Of a stretch of DNA of 64,000 nt, positions 1 through 8,006 are shown one piece after another. The DNA comes from an uncultured bacterium. GTDB taxonomy: Bacteria > Babelota > Babeliae > Babelales > JABCYS01. Position 1 is the stretch's first letter. Each line of letters starts with the position of its first letter. Location: contig CAVPKK010000004.1 in the NCBI GenBank assembly GCA_963705705.1, forward strand, positions 24,112-88,111, read 5' to 3'. A program made the position numbers and the translations under genes. The notes under the pieces are model-generated. The model did not search any database, was not told where the DNA came from, and was given only the letters and a program-made list of their open reading frames with translations.

Positions 1-276
1 ATTTATCTTTCACAGGCTAATCCGCAATCTCTTTTGCGTCACTATATGGCACGCGCGCTAGGCGACTCAGTTAATGGAAGCTTAAAGAACACCAAGTGGT
101 ATATAAAATATGGCGTTTTAACCTTGATCTGCGCCGCAGCTTATGGCCTCGATATGGAAACCGGCTCTATGTTTTTATTAGGTGAGCTTGGAAGTACTTT
201 GCTTGCTCGTCCATTGACCCGAGAACTTCGAAATTTTGTAGGTGGCGACGACGGAAAAGGCAAACGGAACAGATAA
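1..276 (+). CDS. 3' end of an ORF open to the window edge; product unknown
   Basis: Frame 1 has no stop from nt 1 to the TAA at 274-276. Track ORF 34..276 is only its first internal Met. No recognisable motif. Confidence 0.3.
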   Translation: MYLSQANPQSLLRHYMARALGDSVNGSLKNTKWYIKYGVLTLICAAAYGLDMETGSMFLLGELGSTLLARPLTRELRNFVGGDDGKGKRNR

Positions 277-462
277 ATCATTGGTTCGATGACAATTTGC
301 CACTAAATGCGCCCTCTACTAGTTTACGTATACGAAGAATATGGTAGATTTTCAGCACCATAATACATACAGATATACTATCGGACCGTGGAAAAGAGGG
401 TACCGCATAAATTTATTGGGCTCCCACGCGGGGGCCCATTTTTGACCTTTATAAGGAACATC

Positions 463-897
463 ATGAATATAAGATTGATCTTTCTAACTGCGCTGGCAGA
501 TATATTATTTTCAAGCCTGATGGCAACGAGCAATGCGCCCCGATTGGCGCCATGGCCTATTGTTGCAAAAGGAATGAATAAAGAAGGTGCTACATTTCTT
601 AAAAAGCGCCTAAACATTAAATATGTACCATTACATATGCAACGATACATAGCCCAAAATTTTGAATATTTGGAAGGTGACAGCCTGGAACATACAGATG
701 CCCAACCAATATCAGCGCCAAGAAATTGCACATCACCAAGCCAGGAGAAGCTTGAGGCATTTGCAAATGCATTGGATATGGCAGTGAAAATCCAAAACCA
801 ATTATCTTCGCCTCCAGTAGATCTTTCAGAAGAAGATCAAATGTATGATGAATGGGATCGCATGCTTTACGGCGAAGAAAAAGAAAATACAAAATAA
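463..897 (+). CDS. hypothetical secreted protein
   Basis: Track ORF 388..897 starts at GTG. The internal ATG at 463 gives MNIRLIFLTALADILFSSLMATS, a signal-peptide-like N-terminus. A hairpin terminator follows the stop. Confidence 0.4.
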   Translation: MNIRLIFLTALADILFSSLMATSNAPRLAPWPIVAKGMNKEGATFLKKRLNIKYVPLHMQRYIAQNFEYLEGDSLEHTDAQPISAPRNCTSPSQEKLEAFANALDMAVKIQNQLSSPPVDLSEEDQMYDEWDRMLYGEEKENTK

Positions 898-903
898 TCA
901 GCA

Positions 904-932
904 GGGCCTCATTTTGAGGCCCTATTTTTTTG
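904..932. terminator. rho-independent-type hairpin between convergent genes
   Basis: GGGCCTCA-TTT-TGAGGCCC stem-loop followed by TATTTTTTT. It lies between the 463..897 (+) stop and the 3' end of tsaE (-). Confidence 0.6.
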
Positions 933-1353
933 CCTGCCAATCAATTGCACGCTCAAACTCTGAAATGTAATCCAAATTTATGTGGCACACATGGTGATGT
1001 ATCAGATCGCCAAGAATTTCTGGCCACTCGATGAAGGCCCATGAATTTGGCGCATATAGATATTCATCAAACCCCAATTCATAAAATTGATCGGCCGTGG
1101 TTAGACGATACAAATCGAAGTGATAAAAGCGCATATTCTCTTTTTTATAGACATTTACGTAGGTGAACGTCGGGCTTTGAACCGGTCCCTCGACGCCTGC
1201 GATATGAAGGATTTCGCGCACCAAGGTTGTCTTTCCAGCGCCTAATGAGCCAGTTAAGGTATATACCTGGCAGGTATCATGAAGTGCCCATAGCTGTTGG
1301 GCTATATGTGGCAGTTGGTCTAAGGTAAAGATCTTTCTTGATTGATTTGTCAT
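922..1353 (-). CDS. tsaE: tRNA threonylcarbamoyladenosine (t6A) biosynthesis ATPase TsaE
   Basis: 143 aa. Walker A GSLGAGKTTLVREIL, then SPTFTYVNVY and YHFDLYRL, the canonical TsaE/YjeE motifs. Confidence 0.9.
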   Translation of the reverse strand: MTNQSRKIFTLDQLPHIAQQLWALHDTCQVYTLTGSLGAGKTTLVREILHIAGVEGPVQSPTFTYVNVYKKENMRFYHFDLYRLTTADQFYELGFDEYLYAPNSWAFIEWPEILGDLIHHHVCHINLDYISEFERAIDWQAKK

Positions 1354-1443
1354 TTCATACCTGTTTCAGCAGCCTTTTTTCTTCTAACTCTTCGAAAAAT
1401 ATGTAATATTATAGCGGTTTTTTATACAGCATAAGGATACAGC

Positions 1444-1869
1444 ATGAACCGCAAGCAGCTACTTTTCCTAAGCGTAATGATTACAACCATTCCATCATTT
1501 GCCATGGATGCAGAAAATATGAGAAAGCATGAAGCTTTTATCATGAACTGCCGCACCTTAGAGCAGCGAGCGCGCATCCAAGTCAAAGAAACAGTAAATG
1601 AAATACTATGTCGTACTGACAATTCACAATGTGGTCTGCAAACAGATTGGCTCTTTTTTAAATATGTGGCACTCAACATCTTCGCAGAAAAAGCGCACGC
1701 GGGCGATTTTACTGATGTCGTGCTACGCGATTTTGTCAAAGATGAACGGGCGTGGTGGAAAGAGGCCGAAGGCGAATACTCAGCTCACTGGTTACTACCT
1801 ATCGAGCGGCGGATGCCTGAGTATTATAAAGAAATAATGACCAAGTTGGATGCGCTTAAAAGCAGCTAG
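1444..1869 (+). CDS. hypothetical secreted protein
   Basis: 141 aa. AAGGA upstream of the ATG. N-terminus MNRKQLLFLSVMITTIPSFAMD looks like a signal peptide. No known motif. Confidence 0.5.
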   Translation: MNRKQLLFLSVMITTIPSFAMDAENMRKHEAFIMNCRTLEQRARIQVKETVNEILCRTDNSQCGLQTDWLFFKYVALNIFAEKAHAGDFTDVVLRDFVKDERAWWKEAEGEYSAHWLLPIERRMPEYYKEIMTKLDALKSS

Positions 1870-2448
1870 TTACAACTTTTTCAACACCCTACTTTGCTTC
1901 TTCTCTTTTTTTGATGGCGTATGCTTCACCCTTAATTGCATTGCTACGTCCTCTTCTTTTATGGGCAGCCGCCTAGTTTCTTGTTCCATAACCGACGCCA
2001 ATTCCTGGTCAGCTGCGTGATCATGCAACCGCTTTACGTGGTCGCCGCTGATAATTTCCTTCTTGATCGCAAGTTTCTGATCAATCAAAAGGCGGGCAAA
2101 GGTTTGTGAATCTACCGCTTCAATCCCGAGCATTTTAGCATGCTTTATTAATGCGTTGTCAGACGAAATTAAAACCATATCCTTTTTTGCATCATCTAAC
2201 ACACGTTTAATGTAATCGTCCGCGGTTTCATTGTAGCCAACATGAACAATGGTCAGACCATTATGGCGCTCATGAGTAGCGATAGGCAACGGACCGCCAT
2301 CAAACACCACAACTAACTTATGGCCTTTATGCGCCGCATATTTGGTCAGTTGGGCAATAAAATATTGCTTGTCGCGTTCATCAGGCTGCTTAGACTTGGC
2401 CTTTATGACCACATGCAGTAGATTATAGGCATCGATTATTAAATACAT
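1870..2448 (-). CDS. NYN/PIN-like ribonuclease, YacP (Rae1) family
   Basis: 192 aa. MYLIIDAYNLLH..., LVVVFDGG and YNETADDYIKRV match the YacP NYN-domain pattern. Confidence 0.75.
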   Translation of the reverse strand: MYLIIDAYNLLHVVIKAKSKQPDERDKQYFIAQLTKYAAHKGHKLVVVFDGGPLPIATHERHNGLTIVHVGYNETADDYIKRVLDDAKKDMVLISSDNALIKHAKMLGIEAVDSQTFARLLIDQKLAIKKEIISGDHVKRLHDHAADQELASVMEQETRRLPIKEEDVAMQLRVKHTPSKKEKKQSRVLKKL

Positions 2449-2485
2449 CGGTCAATCTCCAAAATATTTTGCCAAGTACAACAAA

Positions 2486-3403
2486 ATGACGCAATTAATT
2501 CAAATGCGTTCGCGCATTAAGGCTATTAATACGATTGCAAAAATTACACATGCCATGCAATTAATTGCCATGGCAGACCACATCCGGCTACGCGAGCGCA
2601 AATCAAATTTTGAACGTTATCAGCACGCCATTGGTGATCTGCTTCGTCAATTAACTATGATGCGCAAAAAAACTGAGCAAGACGAACATTATCTGGCGAC
2701 GTCTAAAAAGGCGGAAAAAGTTCTTCTAATTATTATTGGTTCACAAAAAGGTTTGTGCGGTTCATTCAACAGCAACGTATTATACGAAGTTGGCAAAATG
2801 CTAAGCACGGAAACTTATGAGCAAGCGGATCTCGTTATCATTGGGAAAAAGGTAAAGGATTACTTCAAGCCGTTTCGCCAGAATCTACCATTCCAAACAA
2901 GAATTGTCGCTGAATACAATGATTTTGTTTGGGCAAACATGGGCACGATCGGCAAATCAATTTTAGCTCAGGCGCTTGACCCAGAACTTGGCTACACCAA
3001 AGTTGTATTATACGGTAATCGGCCAGAAGGTTTTTTTTCGCAGCGAATTATTGCCACGCAACTCTTTCCGATTGTGCCAGTTACTGAGTTAACCACCATG
3101 GTCGCGGAATTATCACCCGATGAATCAGCGCTCGATCTTAGGGCATTAGCGGCTGAACAAAAAGAAGGAGTTATGCAGGATCCAGAAGTTATTTTTGTTG
3201 CCGTAGAACAACTATATCTTTTATCAACCGTTGAATTTGTACTCTTACAATCGCTCTTGGCTGAGCAGGCATCACGATTTGTTTCCATGGATGCCGCGAC
3301 GCGTAATACTAAAAAACTTCGTGAGACCATGCAGATACAATTTAATAAATTGCGTCAGGGTAAAATAACCAAGGAACTCACTGAGCTGGCGAGTAATGTC
3401 TGA
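2486..3403 (+). CDS. atpG: F-type ATP synthase gamma subunit
   Basis: 305 aa. N-terminus MRSRIKAINTIAKITHAMQLIAMA and C-terminus FNKLRQGKITKELTELASN are the conserved gamma-subunit terminal helices. No other atp genes are adjacent. Confidence 0.8.
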   Translation: MTQLIQMRSRIKAINTIAKITHAMQLIAMADHIRLRERKSNFERYQHAIGDLLRQLTMMRKKTEQDEHYLATSKKAEKVLLIIIGSQKGLCGSFNSNVLYEVGKMLSTETYEQADLVIIGKKVKDYFKPFRQNLPFQTRIVAEYNDFVWANMGTIGKSILAQALDPELGYTKVVLYGNRPEGFFSQRIIATQLFPIVPVTELTTMVAELSPDESALDLRALAAEQKEGVMQDPEVIFVAVEQLYLLSTVEFVLLQSLLAEQASRFVSMDAATRNTKKLRETMQIQFNKLRQGKITKELTELASNV

Positions 3404-3454
3404 GATTAGGAATCTATTAAGCTTAGTTATTATCCGACGCGGTCGTAGAAAGCT

Positions 3455-3585
3455 CCGCTCGTCCTGAGCCTGTCGACCCTTCGATACATTTTTGCCTAAG
3501 CAAAAACACTCAGGGCAATCGGGATGGGGTCCCCAAACCTCGGGTTCCCTTACAGGGTGAGTTTGGGGTAAAAGGATACGAGTGG
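3455..3585. repeat. dispersed palindromic repeat, approx 130-bp class (copy 1)
   Basis: Its reverse complement aligns by eye at roughly 85-90 percent identity with 52519..52646. Termini are imperfect inverted repeats (CCGCTCGTCCTGAG / AGGATACGAGTGG). Confidence 0.8.
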
Positions 3586-3671
3586 CACGGCGAACCCAAA
3601 CGTTCAGACCTGCTTCATATTTTTCAAATGTATAATTTATAATTTTGCCAAACCCGCCAAAACCATTTTTT

Positions 3672-3781
3672 GCGCTACGATCCTTCGATCCTTCGAGGGG
3701 CCTCAGGAGTAAACCCTTCGACAGTCGTTGGAGCATCGAAGGCCTTTAGGTCTGAGCTTGTCGAAGACTCAGGATGAGCGC
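3672..3781. repeat. dispersed palindromic repeat, approx 110-bp class
   Basis: Its reverse complement aligns with 13193..13294 (GCGCTCATCCTGAG..TTCGAC..GCTCAG..TCGAAG..TTTACTCCTGAG..TCGAAGGATC..GCGC). Confidence 0.7.
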
Positions 3782-3815
3782 ATCTGGCCCAATCAGATTA
3801 TAAAGCGATCCAATA

Positions 3816-5129
3816 TCACTGCTTTAGTGAGATCCTGGCACCGAGGGCGGCCAGCTTCTGCTCAAATGCTTGGTAACCACGTTTGAAGTGATGCACGCCA
3901 GTCATAATTGTTTTGCCCTCAGCAGCAAGTCCAGCTAAAACAAGCGCGCATGATGCACGAATGTCAGTTGCAATAACGTGTGCGCCATAAAGCTTTTCGA
4001 CACCAATAATTTTGGCGCGACTGCCTTCAATGGTAATGTTTGCACCCATTTTTTGCAGTTCACGCACGTGCAAGAATCTATTCTCGTAAACTGTTTCATG
4101 AACCGTGCTTGTACCTTCCGCTAAACAAAGGGCCGCCATCATTACCGGTTGTAAATCGGTTGGAAACCCAGGATATGGCATGGTGGTAAAAGAAACAGCG
4201 CGTGGTGTTTTGGTTGCTTTGAAAAAGATGCCCTGTTCAGTAGAAATGCGATGCCCCATTTCCTGTAATTTAAGTAGGAAGACATCCAACACCGTTGGAT
4301 CGGCTTGCGGTAAGTGAACTTGTCCGCCGGTAATTGCAGCAGCCAGAAGCAGAGAACCTACTTCAAGACGATCATACATAATGGTGTGTTCGATAGGCTT
4401 TAAATTCATCGTGCCGGTGATGACGATATTCATCGGCGGTTCAATAGTTATTTGCGCACCCATTTTTTTGAGTACCGCAATAAGATCCAATACTTCGGGC
4501 TCTAAAGCCGCATTAATGATGCGCGTAGTTCCTGGCGTTGCAGCGGCTGCCATGAGAAGGTTTTCAGTCGCACCAACGCTTGGATAATCAAGCGTTAATG
4601 TTTTTGCTTCTAAATTTGTTGCATTCGCATAGAGCATTTCACCATCAGCAGTCACCTGCGCTCCCATGCGAATTAAATTTTTAAGATGGATATCAATTGG
4701 TCGTACGCCAATTTGATCGCCGCCTGGCATAGCAATTTCTGCGCGACCGAAGCGAGCAAGAAGTGGGCCGAGCACCAACACCGATGCACGCATTTTTTTC
4801 ATGACTTCTGCGCTAATACGATATTTATTTACCGTAGAAGTATTTACCAGCAATAGATTTTTTTCAGGATAAAAAGAAATTTGTGCGCCCAACTCTTCGA
4901 GTAATTTCATCATTTGGTGCACGTCTTCAGAATCTGGGACATTTGAAAGTTCAGATGTGCCGTCAGTCAGCAAGAGTGAAGTCATAATAACGAGCACCGC
5001 ATTTTTTGCGCCAACGATGTTTGCTTGGCCGGCCAGTGATGGCGATTGTTCAATTGCTATATATGATTCTGATGGTAAAACGTCTTCATGAAACTGATTA
5101 GTACGATGTGATTGTAATTGATCGAGCAT
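3816..5129 (-). CDS. murA: UDP-N-acetylglucosamine 1-carboxyvinyltransferase
   Basis: 437 aa. GAKNAVLVIMTSLLL near the N-terminus and full-length EPSP-synthase/MurA-like repeat pattern. GAAGGAA RBS. Confidence 0.93.
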   Translation of the reverse strand: MLDQLQSHRTNQFHEDVLPSESYIAIEQSPSLAGQANIVGAKNAVLVIMTSLLLTDGTSELSNVPDSEDVHQMMKLLEELGAQISFYPEKNLLLVNTSTVNKYRISAEVMKKMRASVLVLGPLLARFGRAEIAMPGGDQIGVRPIDIHLKNLIRMGAQVTADGEMLYANATNLEAKTLTLDYPSVGATENLLMAAAATPGTTRIINAALEPEVLDLIAVLKKMGAQITIEPPMNIVITGTMNLKPIEHTIMYDRLEVGSLLLAAAITGGQVHLPQADPTVLDVFLLKLQEMGHRISTEQGIFFKATKTPRAVSFTTMPYPGFPTDLQPVMMAALCLAEGTSTVHETVYENRFLHVRELQKMGANITIEGSRAKIIGVEKLYGAHVIATDIRASCALVLAGLAAEGKTIMTGVHHFKRGYQAFEQKLAALGARISLKQ

Positions 5130-5241
5130 TGTTGTTCCTTCTCAAGATGATGGCGCGTAGTCTACAGTGTTGTTGGGCAAAGAAAAACCTGTATGCTAGG
5201 GCTCCGTATCTAACAACACTAATTGTGGCAAGGAGCATCAT

Positions 5242-5868
5242 ATGTCAATCCGTCAGCCAGATTTTAAAGGTCGCCTTGAAGTTGTCTGTGGCTCAATGTT
5301 TTCAGGTAAATCAGAAGAACTTATTCGTCGCGTAAAACGCGCGCAGCTCGCCAAGCGTGAGGTGATTATGTTCAAGCATAGCCTGGATGATCGTATAGCA
5401 AACGCGTACGTTGCGAGCCATGATGGTAATAAATTCGAAGCAATCCCTATTGAACAACCTTCAACCATCTTGGCTGTTGTCGATGAAGACGTAGAAGTTG
5501 TTGGCATCGATGAAACACAATTTTTCCCGCCGGAAATTATCTCCGTAATTTGTGAATTAGTTGCGCAGGGGAAACGGGTCATCGCTGCCGGGCTTGATAC
5601 TGATTTCCGCACAATACCATTCGGCCCGATGCCAGCCCTGCTTGCGTTAGCTGATGAAGCAGTAAAACTCAAAGCAATCTGCATGGTCTGCGGAAATGAA
5701 GCGCAGTTTACGCAACGTATTGTGAATGGAAAACCAGCCGGCTTTTATGATCCATTAATTTTAGTAGGTGCTCAAGAAAGTTACCAAGCTCGTTGCCGCA
5801 GATGCCACGCGATTGATAAAAGTGACGTTGTGGTGGATGCTGCTTCGTATATTGAAATGCAGGCGTAA
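5242..5868 (+). CDS. tdk: thymidine kinase
   Basis: 208 aa. P-loop GSMFSGKSEELIRR, IDETQFF, and C-terminal zinc ribbon CMVCG...CRRCH. AAGGAG RBS. Confidence 0.9.
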   Translation: MSIRQPDFKGRLEVVCGSMFSGKSEELIRRVKRAQLAKREVIMFKHSLDDRIANAYVASHDGNKFEAIPIEQPSTILAVVDEDVEVVGIDETQFFPPEIISVICELVAQGKRVIAAGLDTDFRTIPFGPMPALLALADEAVKLKAICMVCGNEAQFTQRIVNGKPAGFYDPLILVGAQESYQARCRRCHAIDKSDVVVDAASYIEMQA

Positions 5869-5918
5869 TTCAATTGGCTGAACAGAACTAATTAATTTTT
5901 ACAGACAAAAGTCGTAGT

Positions 5919-5955
5919 CGCGCTCTGATTCTTCGATTAACTCAGAATGAGCGCG
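5919..5955. repeat. dispersed palindromic repeat, approx 37-bp class
   Basis: CGCGCTCTGATTCTTCGATTAACTCAGAATGAGCGCG. Near-identical to 57613..57650 and the reverse complement of 33091..33127 and 34753..34791. Confidence 0.7.
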
Positions 5956-6025
5956 GCTAGCGTAAATGTCTAATAGGTATTTTTTCATTGATCATATAAG
6001 TGGTTAATCTAAAAATAACTCAATC

Positions 6026-7387
6026 GTGAAACAAAAAATAAAGTATCAATGCAAAGCCTGCACCTACCAGCCAGTTAAATGGTTAGGATGTTGCCCCGAA
6101 TGCAAACAATGGGAAACCATTGAGGAGATTGCGCCGAGCGTTGTAATCAGCAAATTTGCCGGCGCAGCACAAAGTTCGGGCTACAGGCTCGTACCGTTGA
6201 GCAATATCTCAACCAATTCCCAAGAACGGTTTCGCGCCGGCATACACGAATGGGACCGCGTTCTTGGTGGCGGCATAATGCCAGGCTCACTATTGCTTCT
6301 GGCAGGCGACCCAGGGATCGGGAAATCAACATTACTGCTGCAAATCGCCAATCGATTGGCAGACAATGCAAGCGTCCTATATTTCTCGTCAGAGGAATCA
6401 CTCGAACAAGTAAAGCTTCGGGCCGAGCGCACTGGGTGTAACACCAGCAAAGTGCTATTCACCGATCAAGCCCAGGTGGAATCTATTATCGCCACCATCG
6501 CCCAACACAAACCAGATATTGTTATCATCGATTCAATACAAAATTGTTATTCAACCAATTCAAATGCGGCCACCGGTAGCATTGCGCAATTGCGCGAACG
6601 AGTATTTGCTTTCATGCGAGTGGCCAAAGATGAGCGGGTAGCAATTTTAATGTCGGGCCATATTACCAAAGAAGGTGATATTGCCGGGCCAAAGTTACTT
6701 GAGCATATGGTTGATGGTGTATTTTATTTGCATGGCGAAGATCGCTGGCAAACCAGAATCTTGCGCGCAGTAAAAAATAGATTTGGTGCAATTAATGAAC
6801 TCGGCTTTTTTGAGATGGCGGAACAAGGGATGGTAGAAGTTCCCAATATCAACCAAGAATTGTTAGATGCAATTACAACCGCGCCTGGCTCAGTGCTTAT
6901 TAGCTCATTGGAAGGCTCAAGACCTTTGTTGTTGGAGTTACAGGCATTAACTATCCCAGCCAAATTCGGGATACCGCAGCGGGTTATTACCGGTCTTGAC
7001 CATAAACGCGTGGTACTGATTGCCGCCATCTTGGAAAAATATTTGCATGTAAAATTAAGTGAGCACGATATTTTCTTCAAAGTAAGCGGCTCATTTAAGC
7101 TCAAAGAGTCAGCCGTTGACCTCGGAATTGCTTTGGCATTACTCTCGAGTTATTTCCAGCAGCCGTTGACCGAAAAATCAATTGCGCTTGGCGAACTGAG
7201 CCTCACCGGCCAGATTAAGCCCATTAACCAAATCGGCATGCATTTAAGCGAAGCCAATAATTTCCGCATCAACAAAATATATGTATCACATCAACAAAAA
7301 GTTGAGCAAACCGACGCGCCGGTTGTTCGGCTCAAGAATGTGTACGATCTATTAACGCTATTTAGCGCTCGTACCGAGCAAGAATAA
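6026..7387 (+). CDS. radA: DNA repair protein RadA/Sms
   Basis: 453 aa, GTG start. N-terminal zinc finger YQCKACTY...CPECKQW, Walker A GDPGIGKSTLLLQ, KNRFG motif, and a C-terminal Lon-like domain. Confidence 0.92.
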   Translation: MKQKIKYQCKACTYQPVKWLGCCPECKQWETIEEIAPSVVISKFAGAAQSSGYRLVPLSNISTNSQERFRAGIHEWDRVLGGGIMPGSLLLLAGDPGIGKSTLLLQIANRLADNASVLYFSSEESLEQVKLRAERTGCNTSKVLFTDQAQVESIIATIAQHKPDIVIIDSIQNCYSTNSNAATGSIAQLRERVFAFMRVAKDERVAILMSGHITKEGDIAGPKLLEHMVDGVFYLHGEDRWQTRILRAVKNRFGAINELGFFEMAEQGMVEVPNINQELLDAITTAPGSVLISSLEGSRPLLLELQALTIPAKFGIPQRVITGLDHKRVVLIAAILEKYLHVKLSEHDIFFKVSGSFKLKESAVDLGIALALLSSYFQQPLTEKSIALGELSLTGQIKPINQIGMHLSEANNFRINKIYVSHQQKVEQTDAPVVRLKNVYDLLTLFSARTEQE

Positions 7388-7401
7388 AGCAAAATATTTT
7401 T

Positions 7402-7866
7402 TCATTGGCTGGTTTGTGATGCAAAAAAGGCATCACGCTCGCGTAGCGCATCGTGATATACGGGGCCACCAATAAGAGATGCTTCGTATACCTTTGCATT
7501 TAATTCAGCAAGTTTTTTTTGCACCTCGTTCAGATGATCCGCTTCTGCAATCGCTGCCCGCGCTTTTTTTCGCGGAACGTATAGGCGATTTGCTAGCTGT
7601 ATTTCGTTTTGGCGTTCCTTTACTTGCTTATCATATTGTTCGCTCGGCGCGAGCACGGCAACTTCCTTTTTTTCTTTCAAGCCTGGGTCGCTTGGTTCAG
7701 GCGGTTTTTCTTCAGGATGAAAAGTAAAAATCGGTTGCTGATCCATGGGCGTTTTTGCCATCTGCCGCGCAGGAGTCATTTCTGGATAAATTGAATCTGC
7801 AGAAAATGCTGCATTAGGCAAAATAAATAATATGATGAACACGCTGCTTTTTTGTGCGTAATACAT
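7402..7866 (-). CDS. hypothetical secreted protein
   Basis: 154 aa. N-terminus MYYAQKSSVFIILFILPNAAFSA looks like a signal peptide. Charged, coiled-coil-like remainder. Confidence 0.5.
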   Translation of the reverse strand: MYYAQKSSVFIILFILPNAAFSADSIYPEMTPARQMAKTPMDQQPIFTFHPEEKPPEPSDPGLKEKKEVAVLAPSEQYDKQVKERQNEIQLANRLYVPRKKARAAIAEADHLNEVQKKLAELNAKVYEASLIGGPVYHDALRERDAFFASQTSQ

Positions 7867-8006
7867 AGCAATCCTTTTTCTTCTTAGTTTAGCCCAAAAT
7901 AGCCCTTCATCGTCAAGAGTTTTGGTTTGTTTTTTGTTGCATGCCTTCCTGAATTACGTAGAATACATTTCTAATTCATTACTTAATCTGAAAAATAGGA
8001 GATCAG

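Noticed and set aside
378-940. Overlapping minus-strand ORFs 378-731 and 617-940
   Set aside because: They overlap each other and the plus-strand signal-peptide ORF. They have no motifs or RBS. The coding assignment in this 276-920 stretch remains weak overall.
3272-3736. 154-aa minus-strand ORF in the atpG-murA spacer
   Set aside because: It is composed almost entirely of two dispersed repeat copies (3455-3585, 3672-3781). Its peptide (ILLPQTHPVREPEVWGP...KGRQAQDER) is the repeat read-through also seen at 52519-52646. It has no RBS, and it overlaps the atpG 3' end.
5253-5684. 143-aa minus-strand ORF
   Set aside because: It is completely contained antisense within tdk, which has unambiguous thymidine kinase motifs.
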